Source: Pirellula staleyi DSM 6068
Lineage (GTDB): Bacteria; Planctomycetota; Planctomycetia; Pirellulales; Pirellulaceae
NCBI GenBank assembly: GCA_000025185.1
Contig: CP001848.1
Span: 2,250,001 to 2,282,000, forward strand
DNA length: 32,000 bases
Reading direction: 5' to 3'
Numbering within the stretch: the first letter of the stretch is position 1; every line of letters starts with the position of its first letter. Shown here one piece after another: positions 25,701-32,000 of the stretch. Position numbers and translations under genes: made by a program. The notes beneath the pieces are model-generated. The model was not told the DNA's origin, made no database searches, and was given only the letters and a program-made list of their open reading frames with translations.

Positions 25701-26595
25701 CATTGATGCGTTGCCACGTCTCGAGAGCCGTGTTGCGAGCAGTGATCTTGGCGTCGAGATCGCGATAGGCAAAGTACAAATCCCAGTAGGCGTTTTCGAC
25801 GTTGCTCACGAGGTCGCGAAGACCAATTTCGAAGTCGGTCACACTGATATCGGTGTTCACGCGGGCGATAACCACACCGCTATAAACACCTGGAACCGAG
25901 TTGGGTCCAGCAATGCGATTGAAGCGTGTACCAGCACCTTGCAGCAGCGGATGACGAGCTTCGACTTCCAGCAGCGAGTCCCAGGTGCTCGGAAAGCGGT
26001 TGAACGAGGCGTTATTGAAGTCGTAGGTGGTGGTGCCACGCAAAATCAGCTGCGTACCACTGGTGGTGACTTTCGATAGCTGCGACTGCGCGACGAGCAA
26101 ATCTTGCTGGAAGAACCGAGTACCACCGGACGCCACGAAGTTGTTCACCATCCGGTCGTTCTTTTCGGCCGATACGCTAGCCCCGATCGTGGCATCAAAC
26201 GCTGCCAAAGCCGCTTCCATACCGATGCGAGGATCGGAAGAAACAACCGCTGGCCCAAGAATCGTGCGTGCGTTTTCCGGTGAGCGAATGACCGTTCCAC
26301 CAAGATCGCGAAGGATGGCCGACTGTGTGACGGCGAGCTGAACAGCCTCGTCGAGCGACATGTTCCACCACTCTTGAGGCACCGCGTTCTCGTTGATCGT
26401 GCGGGGGGCTTCGCTGGTGGCATACTGCATGCTCGGATTGATCTCGACTTCGGGATAGTCGTACCGGGCAGCGATCTCTTTATAATGTGCTAGCTCAGGG
26501 TCATTCTTACGGTCCGGCCCGACCAAATTGCAGCCGACACTCATCGCGACGAGCGCGATAATGGCAGCGACAGGGGCATAGACAGTACGAAACAT
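22738..26595 (-). CDS. TolC/OMF-family outer-membrane channel (residues ~75-610) with a possible lipoprotein signal and a 675-aa Pro/Gln/Ala-rich C-terminal extension
   Basis: N-terminus MFRTVYAPVAAIIALVAMSVGC. OEP-type halves: MSLDEAVQLAVTQSAILRDLGG...VENAYWDLYFAYRDLDAKITARNTALETWQRI and PELHRQRLAIKRRELELIASRNFLLPRLDATTRYRWRG...LDQLLDAERRLADADIQYYRALVEHTIAIKNIHYEKGTLLE. The remainder (22741-24765) is low-complexity. Confidence 0.9.
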   Translation of the reverse strand: MFRTVYAPVAAIIALVAMSVGCNLVGPDRKNDPELAHYKEIAARYDYPEVEINPSMQYATSEAPRTINENAVPQEWWNMSLDEAVQLAVTQSAILRDLGGTVIRSPENARTILGPAVVSSDPRIGMEAALAAFDATIGASVSAEKNDRMVNNFVASGGTRFFQQDLLVAQSQLSKVTTSGTQLILRGTTTYDFNNASFNRFPSTWDSLLEVEARHPLLQGAGTRFNRIAGPNSVPGVYSGVVIARVNTDISVTDFEIGLRDLVSNVENAYWDLYFAYRDLDAKITARNTALETWQRINVMYQGGQPGGTAEREAQAREQYYRFEEDVQNALSGRLQDSTTTNNGTAGGSFRGIGGVLVCERRLRLACGLPITDGRMIRPGDEPTLARISFDWSGVTNDAICRRPELHRQRLAIKRRELELIASRNFLLPRLDATTRYRWRGLGHGLLGDEDLLFDPQDPQGYFGNSSIRNLFIGDFAEWQVGAELTMPIGFRRGYAAVRNAQLLLAREKAVLCEQERQVVHDLSNAMADLARSYQVMNTSFNRRSAAQRQVDILRDKLSKDLPVNLDQLLDAERRLADADIQYYRALVEHTIAIKNIHYEKGTLLEYSHVHMAESLPPADLSPTEMRPPQPTETAPSDPSIPTPSPDFAELEPSPTNDAASPQDLAAPPMFGPPTPPADVAEETIVPAEPEYVPQTVMTPQESLPLPGGTLPNIVNTDPEGPDMVGNPVYADPSKLYAEPTPAKTPASAPTMTEQPRTANAGSIRRPSGAAVMNLLPPSPRAASNNTAGSPTPARSPRPSAAGEPEFNFPENNPEFTEYPQATPGTAPSLPGRAPAIGNVRRPSGAASMKLAPAAPQRPVATTPTPARRPEPVGPSLELPADSIPAGDRAYENSLNNHVPPTFASPDGGVARQPAMGNVRRPSGAASMNLMPPRNAPAAVSPPTIAAPQQPRVQQPSFQQPNLQQPVVQQPVMPQQLESESSLPLPGSRSTSAAAMPTGQQPPASVSSRRRPSNAAVAPQFSASSNSPNNVPYETMPSQGPRPQVAQPRVPQLEGQRRASSAASMNLLPPAPATPSTPAINSSLPLAPPSNQSQFNSLPPGGYEQYQQPQYQPSMQQQLPQGAVRPFTTAPPVQPQTAAPPQATVQPQFGFTTNEPSLPLPSMQPNYNVPAQPQYQQQNPPTQYAPVQPQYQQPQYQQPAAPPAAPRQPTLEGLRRPSSAAPLNMSSMQGPTAQPIPTSMQQGPSSRLIEQTWFAPGTSGVSGPPMPAPAMQQTAPAFQYLPPAP
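22921..24303 (-). repeat. Six dispersed copies of an RRPSGAASMNLLPP-type short linear motif in the OMF tail
   Basis: RRPSGAAVMNLLPP at 24262-24303. RRPSGAASMKLAP at 24037-24075. RRPSGAASMNLMPP at 23797-23838. RRPSNAAV at 23545-23568. RRASSAASMNLLPP at 23386-23427. RRPSSAAPLNM at 22921-22953. Copies 2 and 3 are also near-identical at DNA level; on the plus strand they read catcgatgcggcgccactcggacgacg and catcgatgcggcaccgctcggacgacg. SLPLP(G/S) recurs four times in register with them. Confidence 0.8.
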
Positions 26596-26869
26596 GTTGG
26601 TGTGGTAGTTTCTGCTTGGGGGGCGCGCAGGAACGTGACTGAGCGGAACTCGTCGTCCCCTTGATCGGCATGCAGAAGTGAAGATCGCGCGTCAAAATCG
26701 CGCTAATTGGCAAAAATCATGCAATCCGCAGGGTTGGTTTAATCGGCACTGTCTGCTCATCTTGTCTATTTTGGTGTTGTTGGCTGTCTAAATTATGCAG
26801 GTTGCCTAGACCGCTCTCTGCATCGTTGCATGTGCAAGTCTGTAAGGTTTTTTCGCAAGGAATTTTGAC
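26596..26869. promoter_or_regulatory. Divergent intergenic region, visibly more AT-rich, presumed to hold promoters for the OMF operon (-) and the TPR-methyltransferase gene (+)
   Basis: 274 nt lie between divergent starts. AT-rich stretches such as ttgtctattttggtgttgttggctgtctaaattatgc are present. There are no credible ORFs and no confidently identifiable -35/-10 elements. Confidence 0.35.
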
Positions 26870-28228
26870 GTGAACGAGCCATCGGCGAGGGAGACGTCGG
26901 AGAGCGTTTCCGAGGAGTCGCTAGCAGCTGCCCGTCGACTATTCGACGAAGGGATGGAGCTCGCCGATCGAGGCGACTTGCAGGCTGCCGCCACCTGTTT
27001 GACGAAGGCGGCAGATCTAGCACCTGGCAAGCTGCCGATCCTATTTAACCTGGCTAACTTACGGACAGAGCTCGGGGATCACCAAGCAGCAGCGGCCGCT
27101 TATCACGAGGCGTTCAAGCTCGACCCCAGCGACTTCGACGTCACGCTGGGGCTCGGCAAGGCACTCGCCCAAATCGGCCAAACGCGCGATGCCTTGATGG
27201 TTCTCGAGCGCGCGTCAACGCTCGATCCCACATCGTTTGAAGCCGCCAGCGAACTAGCGCGGGTTCTCGACTCGATCGATAAATTCCGCCTCTCGATTCC
27301 CTGGCACCAAAAGGCACTGGCGATCGATCCTAGCAATGCCCCCCAGCAGTGGGCGTATGCGCGAGCGCTCGCCACCAGCGGCAAACTCGACGATGCTGCT
27401 GTGGCCCTCCGTCGGATGATCGAGCTCGAGCCGAGTTGCAGCGGAGCCTACGAGTTCCTCGGACAAATCTATGCAGCTACCGATCAAAAGCATCTTCTCG
27501 AAGGGCTAGGACAGGAGTGGCTCGCCGCTTGCCCCACTGATCCGACGGCTCAACATCTGGCAGCGTCGTGGTCGACCGACCATCAGCCCAGGCGAGCCAG
27601 CGATGCTTTCGTCCAAGAGGTGTTTGATAAGTTTGCTGCTGAGTTCGATGCGACGCTCGAAAAACTCGAGTACCGGGCACCTCAACTGGTCGCAGCTGCT
27701 GCACAGATGTTGCTCGCGCCAGGTACCTCGAAATTCGCTCGTGTTCTCGATGCCGGATGTGGCACCGGACTCTGTGGGCCGCTCGCACGCCCTTTCTCGG
27801 AGTATCTCGTGGGGGTCGACCTCTCCCGGGGGATGATCGACAAAGCCAAGGAGCGTTTTGTTTACGACGAACTGCAGGTGGCCGAGCTAACCAGCTTTAT
27901 CGAGAAGTCGGAGACTCCCTACGACCTCATACTGTCGGCTGATACGCTCGTTTATTTTGGTGACCTATCCGAAGTGGCTGCAGCGATGTTTGCCAAACTC
28001 GAGAAACACGGGGCAATCGTTGTGACGCTCGAGTCGGCCACCGCTGCCGAGAACTGCGAAACCTACTTGCTCCGGGCTCACGGCCGTTATTGCCACGAGC
28101 GAGGGTATGTCGAGCAGGTTTTGACAGCGGCAGGCTTCACCGAGATCAGCTTTTCCGAAGTTGTTTTGCGGAAGCAGGGGGCCGAGCAAGTGGCTGGCTA
28201 TCTGGTAGTTGCTCGCAAGCAGCCTTAA
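26870..28228 (+). CDS. TPR-repeat-containing class I SAM-dependent methyltransferase (COG4976-like architecture)
   Basis: GTG start. N-terminal TPR-like repeats include GDLQAAATCLTKAADLAPGK, LGDHQAAAAAYHEAFKLDPSD, IGQTRDALMVLERASTLDPTS and SGKLDDAAVALRRMIELEPS. Next comes FVQEVFDKFAAEFDATLEKLEYRAP, then SAM motif I VLDAGCGTGLCG, VGVDLSRGMIDKA and DLILSADTLVYFGDL. Confidence 0.88.
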   Translation: MNEPSARETSESVSEESLAAARRLFDEGMELADRGDLQAAATCLTKAADLAPGKLPILFNLANLRTELGDHQAAAAAYHEAFKLDPSDFDVTLGLGKALAQIGQTRDALMVLERASTLDPTSFEAASELARVLDSIDKFRLSIPWHQKALAIDPSNAPQQWAYARALATSGKLDDAAVALRRMIELEPSCSGAYEFLGQIYAATDQKHLLEGLGQEWLAACPTDPTAQHLAASWSTDHQPRRASDAFVQEVFDKFAAEFDATLEKLEYRAPQLVAAAAQMLLAPGTSKFARVLDAGCGTGLCGPLARPFSEYLVGVDLSRGMIDKAKERFVYDELQVAELTSFIEKSETPYDLILSADTLVYFGDLSEVAAAMFAKLEKHGAIVVTLESATAAENCETYLLRAHGRYCHERGYVEQVLTAAGFTEISFSEVVLRKQGAEQVAGYLVVARKQP

Positions 28229-28375
28229 AGTAGTCGCTGGCTCAATCCAAAAAACAACGTGGAATTGTCCAAGATCGAGACGCGAGAGGCGAATACGCTG
28301 GCGCAATTCAGGGCAGTTTTCCACCAACTATGTACATTAACGCCAATCCCTTAGGCATCACGATAGGTCTAGTTT

Positions 28376-30154
28376 ATGTCGATGAAGTACAGCGTGAATT
28401 TCGGCACGATGGGTCAAACACCTCCCGCACGTTCGGGCAAAGGGGGGGAGGTACTTCGCATTGCTCTGCTGGGGGATTTCTCCGCCGGTGCGAGCCGTGG
28501 CCGTTTGGAAACTGGCGACGACTTGGCCAAACGCAAACCGCTTCGCGTGGATGTCGACAACCTCGATCAAATCATCGCGCGACTCAACATCACCATGCAG
28601 TTGCCCGTTGGTGCCGATGGTGAGTCGGTCGAGGTGAAGATCGGCTCGATGGACGATTTTCATCCCGATCAGCTGTATGACAATGTCGAACTCTTCAGCG
28701 GACTCGCGGGGCTGCGCTCGCGCCTAAAGAACAAATCGACCTTCGCCAAAGCTGCACAAGAAATGCAGAGCTGGGTGAGTAGTGAAAAAATCGATCGCCA
28801 CCTCAGCACCGTTGCGAAGAGCCGCTCGTCGGTGGTGCCTGTCGACGGAAAATTGAGCGACTTTGCCCGCCTCGTGGGGAAGACAACCGCTGATGCAGAG
28901 AAGACCACCTCGATCGATGGGCTGCTGAAGGCAATCATCGGGCCCCTGGTGGTTCCAGCCAAAGATCCCAAAGCCGATGCCTTGGTGGCTGCTGTCGACG
29001 AAGCGATTGGCGAAGCGATGCGGAGTGTGCTGCATCATCCCGATTTTCAAACGCTCGAATCACTGTGGCGTAGCGTCGATCTGCTGACCCGTCGTCTCGA
29101 GACTGGTCCCAACTTGCAGCTGGTGATTTACGACATCAGCGCCGAAGAATTGGCTGCCGATCTCAGCTCGGCCGAATCGCTCGATCAATCGGGGCTCTAT
29201 AAGTTGCTGGTCGAACAACCGACGCTCGATGTTCAGCAAGGTTCGCTCGGCCTGCTGGTAGGCAACTATGTTTTCGAGCAGACACCGCCGCACGCAGAAC
29301 TGCTGGGACGGATCGCCAAGATTGCTGCCTCGGCGCAAGCCCCTTTCATCACCAGCACCAGCCCCGACTGTTTGAAGAAGGTGAAGCCGGAAGAAGTCCA
29401 CCCGCTGATTCAAGAGGCATGGGACGCGCTCAAGGGGTCGCCAGAGGCTGTCTATTTGGCGATCGCTTCACCACGCTTCATGCTCCGCAATCCCTATGGC
29501 GATCGGACCGATTCGATCGATCGCTTTGAGTTCGAAGAGTTCACTCGCCAGAGTGGTCTCAAGGGGATGCTATGGGGCAATCCAGCGATTCTCGCCGGGC
29601 TCTTGTTGGGGCAAACCTTCGAGCGTCAGGGGATGAAGAAGATGAATCTCGGTTCGATCCTTTCGGTCGACGATATGCCGTACTACTTCTACGAAGATCA
29701 GGATGGGGATCAAGTCGCGCTCCCTTGCACCGAGCGCTTGGTGAATGTTGCCACTGCCGAATGGATGGCCAAACAGCGGTTCATTCCGGTGCTTGCCCTG
29801 AAGGGAAAGAACGAAGTGCGGCTCGGTGGATTTCAGTCGCTCAGCGGCAAGCCCGTGGCGGGTCCTTGGGCTCCCGTGACGATCAATTTTGTCACAGGGG
29901 CGGTCACAGCAGCTCCACCTCCGCCGGCACCAGTGGCAGCAGCGCCAGCTCCCGCTGCTGCTCCAACTCCACCTCCGGCCGCCGAAGCCCCAGCTGCTCC
30001 TGCAGAAGATCCTGCTGCTGCAGCCGCCAGTGCCGATGCGGAACTCGACGCCTTGCTCGCAAGTTTGTCGGCTCCCGATCCAGCCCCACCCGCCGCAAGT
30101 GGAGGCGACGACGCCATCGACCCCGAACTTGCCGCGCTACTGGCCGATCTGTAG
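28376..30154 (+). CDS. Fused TssB(VipA)-like and TssC(VipB)-like contractile-sheath-related protein that lacks the C-terminal sheath domain and ends in a Pro/Ala-rich tail
   Basis: Residues 25-118 (28448-28729) read VLRIALLGDFSAG...PLRVDVDNLDQIIARLNITMQL...VEVKIGSMDDFHPDQLYDNVELFSGLAGLRSRL. They parallel VipA LVVGDFKG...VSVDKNNFEAVM...LNFKSLADFAPD...ELKKLIELREAL. Residues ~200-495 (28973-29860) parallel VipB block by block: VLHHPDFQTLESLWRSVDLL with ILHNSQFQAMESAWRGLKLF; SGLYKLL with SGLYKHV; LLVGNYVFEQTPPHAELLGRIAKIAASAQAPFITSTSP with AIIGNYAFTPSTPDMKLLQYMGALGAMAHAPFISSVGP; YLAIASPRFMLRNPYG with YLGLTAPRFLLRVPYD; MLWGNPA with YLWGNTA. The VipA and VipB sequences are recalled from memory. Residues 511-592 are Pro/Ala low complexity. 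Confidence 0.8.
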   Translation: MSMKYSVNFGTMGQTPPARSGKGGEVLRIALLGDFSAGASRGRLETGDDLAKRKPLRVDVDNLDQIIARLNITMQLPVGADGESVEVKIGSMDDFHPDQLYDNVELFSGLAGLRSRLKNKSTFAKAAQEMQSWVSSEKIDRHLSTVAKSRSSVVPVDGKLSDFARLVGKTTADAEKTTSIDGLLKAIIGPLVVPAKDPKADALVAAVDEAIGEAMRSVLHHPDFQTLESLWRSVDLLTRRLETGPNLQLVIYDISAEELAADLSSAESLDQSGLYKLLVEQPTLDVQQGSLGLLVGNYVFEQTPPHAELLGRIAKIAASAQAPFITSTSPDCLKKVKPEEVHPLIQEAWDALKGSPEAVYLAIASPRFMLRNPYGDRTDSIDRFEFEEFTRQSGLKGMLWGNPAILAGLLLGQTFERQGMKKMNLGSILSVDDMPYYFYEDQDGDQVALPCTERLVNVATAEWMAKQRFIPVLALKGKNEVRLGGFQSLSGKPVAGPWAPVTINFVTGAVTAAPPPPAPVAAAPAPAAAPTPPPAAEAPAAPAEDPAAAAASADAELDALLASLSAPDPAPPAASGGDDAIDPELAALLADL

Positions 30155-30174
30155 TCGGTCATCTGCGTTGTAAC

Positions 30175-30204
30175 AGCGTGACACTCGATTGAGGGTGTCA
30201 CGCT
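30175..30204. terminator. GC-rich stem-loop between convergent genes (possible terminator, no U-tract)
   Basis: AGCGTGACAC (30175-30184) pairs perfectly with GTGTCACGCT (30195-30204) around a 10-nt loop. It starts 21 nt after the 30154 stop. No T-run follows on either strand, so terminator function is uncertain. Confidence 0.4.
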
Positions 30205-30285
30205 CGGAGCAAGCCACGAGAAGTCGCCTTACTCCTACAGACGACCCCATTGCGACACGCAATTCGCACAATGACTGCGAGATGA

Positions 30286-31389
30286 CTATGACTTGGCAGC
30301 GATCGTGAGATGTACGTCGTAGTGCACGCTGCTCCGATCGTGGAGGCGAAGTTTCCAAGGGATCCGATCTTGCTCGGCAGCGATCGAGAGTCCTGCAATC
30401 GATTGGGGATGCATCCCGGGAGTTAAGAGTTCTCGGAGCATTGCATCGCTCTGGCCCTCGTTTCGGCTGCGCTGCGAATGCCCGCCGATCCATTGCTCCA
30501 TCGGAGTGACAGCGGCCGACCAGTCGTAGGGTGAAGCGATCATCGCGCAGCCCCCCGGCATCATTGTGCGCGACATCGATTGCAGCAAGGCGAGTGGTGA
30601 ACCGAGCGAGTCGATCACGTTCATCGCAGCTAGACGTGCAAACTGCTGATCGCGAAACGGCAGGTCGGTTGCATCGCAGCACCAAAAATCGACTCGCTCG
30701 TAGTGCTCTTTCGGAACGATGGCGTGGACATAGTCGTACACAATCCCGACACGCCGCAACGGAAATGTGACGCGCTGCTGCGACATCGCTGCGCGGGCGA
30801 GTTGCAGCAGCGGCACGCTCATATCGATGCCGAGCACCAAGTCGTCGCTCCCGGCTTCGTCGAGTTGCCGGGCCATTTCCCAGGTAGCTCGGCCAGGACC
30901 ACATCCCAAATCCATTTGCGGCCCTGTTGGCACAGCTCCTGCGAGCGACATGGCACTGCGAACTAAGCTGGCCAAACTTCCCGCCGTGTCATTCAGGGAT
31001 TCAGCAGGGATGCGACTTGAGGCCGTAATGAATTCTTGGAAGTGATTGTAGCCGTAGCTGCTCTGATGGCTTCGAATCGTGTCGAACACCGATCCCGGCT
31101 GTGAGCAATCCCCGAGCATACTGAGAGTTGAGGGGGCAAAGTCGTTGCGTGCTAAGATCGGTAACAGGCTCGACTCGATGAAAGCGCGAATCGCTGAGAG
31201 CAAAATCGGAATGCCGAGCAGGATGGGGTACTCGCGCTGACAACCGGCAAACGAGCAGAGCAGGGCACCCTCTTCGATTTCGGTGGCGGTCCCTTTTTCG
31301 ATCCGGCCGAGCTGGAGTCGTGATTCTAAACCAGCAGCTCGGCATACGGGACAGATCGGAGCTAGTCGTTCGAAGTGCGCGAGTTTCAC
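30286..31389 (-). CDS. Class I SAM-dependent methyltransferase with an N-terminal Trm112-like zinc-ribbon domain
   Basis: GTG start preceded by AGGAAAG. N-terminus reads APICPVCRAAGLESRLQL...LLCSFAGCQREYPILLGIPILL, a CxxC...CxxC plus YPIxxGIPxLL pattern of Trm112-type ribbons. SAM motif I MDLGCGPGRATWEMA, then LGIDMS and FARLAAMNVIDSLGSP. Confidence 0.82.
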   Translation of the reverse strand: MKLAHFERLAPICPVCRAAGLESRLQLGRIEKGTATEIEEGALLCSFAGCQREYPILLGIPILLSAIRAFIESSLLPILARNDFAPSTLSMLGDCSQPGSVFDTIRSHQSSYGYNHFQEFITASSRIPAESLNDTAGSLASLVRSAMSLAGAVPTGPQMDLGCGPGRATWEMARQLDEAGSDDLVLGIDMSVPLLQLARAAMSQQRVTFPLRRVGIVYDYVHAIVPKEHYERVDFWCCDATDLPFRDQQFARLAAMNVIDSLGSPLALLQSMSRTMMPGGCAMIASPYDWSAAVTPMEQWIGGHSQRSRNEGQSDAMLRELLTPGMHPQSIAGLSIAAEQDRIPWKLRLHDRSSVHYDVHLTIAAKS

Positions 31390-31446
31390 GCGTGGGCTTT
31401 CCTGGGGCCGATCGTGATCGGCGGAGGGGAGGCTTGCCGCAGCAAC

Positions 31447-31821
31447 TTAGCCCCCAATAAGGACCGTGGGGCAACCGGGAGGAAGAACCTTGCCAACCGG
31501 GCTCGGGATCGGCGCGACACACGTGGCATGTGCCGTCATGTCGTTCACTCGTGCGGCTGGAAGCCCGGCAATCAGCACCGTGCCAGAGCCCTTGGCTATC
31601 ATCCCCGGACCTGCGGGAACACAACCGGGGAGCATGCAGGGCATCGATATATCGGTGACCCGCGCAGCTGGCAAGTTCCCAATTAATACGGTCGGCGCTC
31701 CCGTGACAATCGCCAGCGGAAGGGCAGGGTGGGGGACCGGAACAATCGGATGGATCGGCGCATGACAGTGCGGAGCATCCTGCTTGATCAGGTCGGTCAT
31801 CCGTGCTGCTGCCATTCCCAT
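31447..31821 (-). CDS. PAAR-domain protein (T6SS or contractile-injection spike-tip family), stand-alone at 124 aa
   Basis: Three PAAR-type motifs: MAAARMTD, NLPAARVTD and GLPAARVND. Each lies in the usual context of G(S/A)xTVLIxGxPAARxxD, and the protein ends ...CPTVLIGG. A strong SD lies upstream. Confidence 0.85.
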   Translation of the reverse strand: MGMAAARMTDLIKQDAPHCHAPIHPIVPVPHPALPLAIVTGAPTVLIGNLPAARVTDISMPCMLPGCVPAGPGMIAKGSGTVLIAGLPAARVNDMTAHATCVAPIPSPVGKVLPPGCPTVLIGG

Positions 31822-31826
31822 CGATA

Positions 31827-31834
31827 TTCCTCCC
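31827..31834 (-). promoter_or_regulatory. Shine-Dalgarno sequence of the PAAR gene
   Basis: The minus strand reads GGGAGGAA followed by a 5-nt spacer (TATCG) before the ATG at 31821. Confidence 0.5.
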
Positions 31835-32000
31835 GCGACTCCGAAATTGGGCTCGCTAGCGTATTCGCCTGCGTCTCATGAATCTTGAAATTCAGCTTGC
31901 AAGATACTCCGAGTTTTACCCCCAGCATAGATCGCCCTTTGATTTCACGCTCCGGCCTCCTCCTCTCCCTGCTGGGACTTGTCGCAATCTGCACCCTGTT

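Noticed and set aside
26826-26837. TTGCA-N2-TGCAA inverted repeat in the divergent promoter region as an operator
   Set aside because: The arms are 5 bp, there is a single occurrence and no second half-site. A match like this is expected by chance in 274 nt.
30137-31624. Minus-strand ORFs 30137-30904 (255 aa) and 31001-31624 (207 aa), plus 31466-31765(+)
   Set aside because: They are alternative frames or strands over the methyltransferase and PAAR genes. The chosen frames carry the SAM motif I (DLGCGPG), the zinc ribbon and the PAAR motifs. The alternatives are Arg/Ser/Cys-rich junk.
31835-32000. Possible 3' end of another minus-strand gene entering from the right edge; two frames stay open from the edge and stop at ~31948 and ~31915
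   Set aside because: Only 17-28 codons are visible and they have no diagnostic sequence. Coding cannot be distinguished from the PAAR promoter or leader region.
1-32000. Mobile elements, CRISPR arrays, tRNA/rRNA and toxin-antitoxin or restriction-type defence genes
   Set aside because: I saw no transposase, integrase or reverse-transcriptase motifs, no regularly spaced direct repeats, no terminal inverted repeats and no tRNA-like cloverleaf candidates. The only strong DNA-level repetition is the intragenic motif duplication in the OMF tail.

Overview
High-GC bacterial chromosomal segment. The gene content fits Planctomycetota best: a giant LEPR-XLL exoprotein, a zinc-ribbon/WD40 Ser/Thr kinase and proline-rich envelope proteins. 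That assignment is inference and was not tested. I call 11 protein-coding genes. I found no rRNA or tRNA, no transposase or integrase, and no CRISPR array. Layout: (1) 1-4669(-) is a Ser/Thr kinase with a WD40 array. Its frame is open at the left window edge, so it is missing from the supplied ORF track; I translated it by hand. (2) 4769-14587(-) is a 3272-aa beta-helical exoprotein with an N-terminal LEPR-XLL-type motif and about 15 degenerate 130-aa modules. (3) 15179-17320(+) is a proline-rich envelope protein with a Cys-containing conserved C-terminal domain. (4) 17380-26595(-) is a compact four-gene operon: a TolC-like outer-membrane factor with a 675-aa low-complexity tail, a tandem-GAF/TM/HlyD adaptor, a plain HlyD adaptor, and a PqqD-like/M50-protease/HlyD fusion. 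It contains no ABC, RND or MFS transporter. (5) 26870-31821 is a T6SS-flavoured patch: a TPR methyltransferase, a single polypeptide fusing TssB(VipA)-like and TssC(VipB)-like regions but lacking the C-terminal sheath domain, then convergently a PAAR protein followed by a zinc-ribbon methyltransferase. The best candidates for an undescribed system are the energiser-less protease/adaptor/TolC operon, possibly linked to the neighbouring signal-peptide-less giant protein, and the fused, truncated sheath-like gene with PAAR and two methyltransferases. All homology statements come from motif reading by eye. No database search was run.
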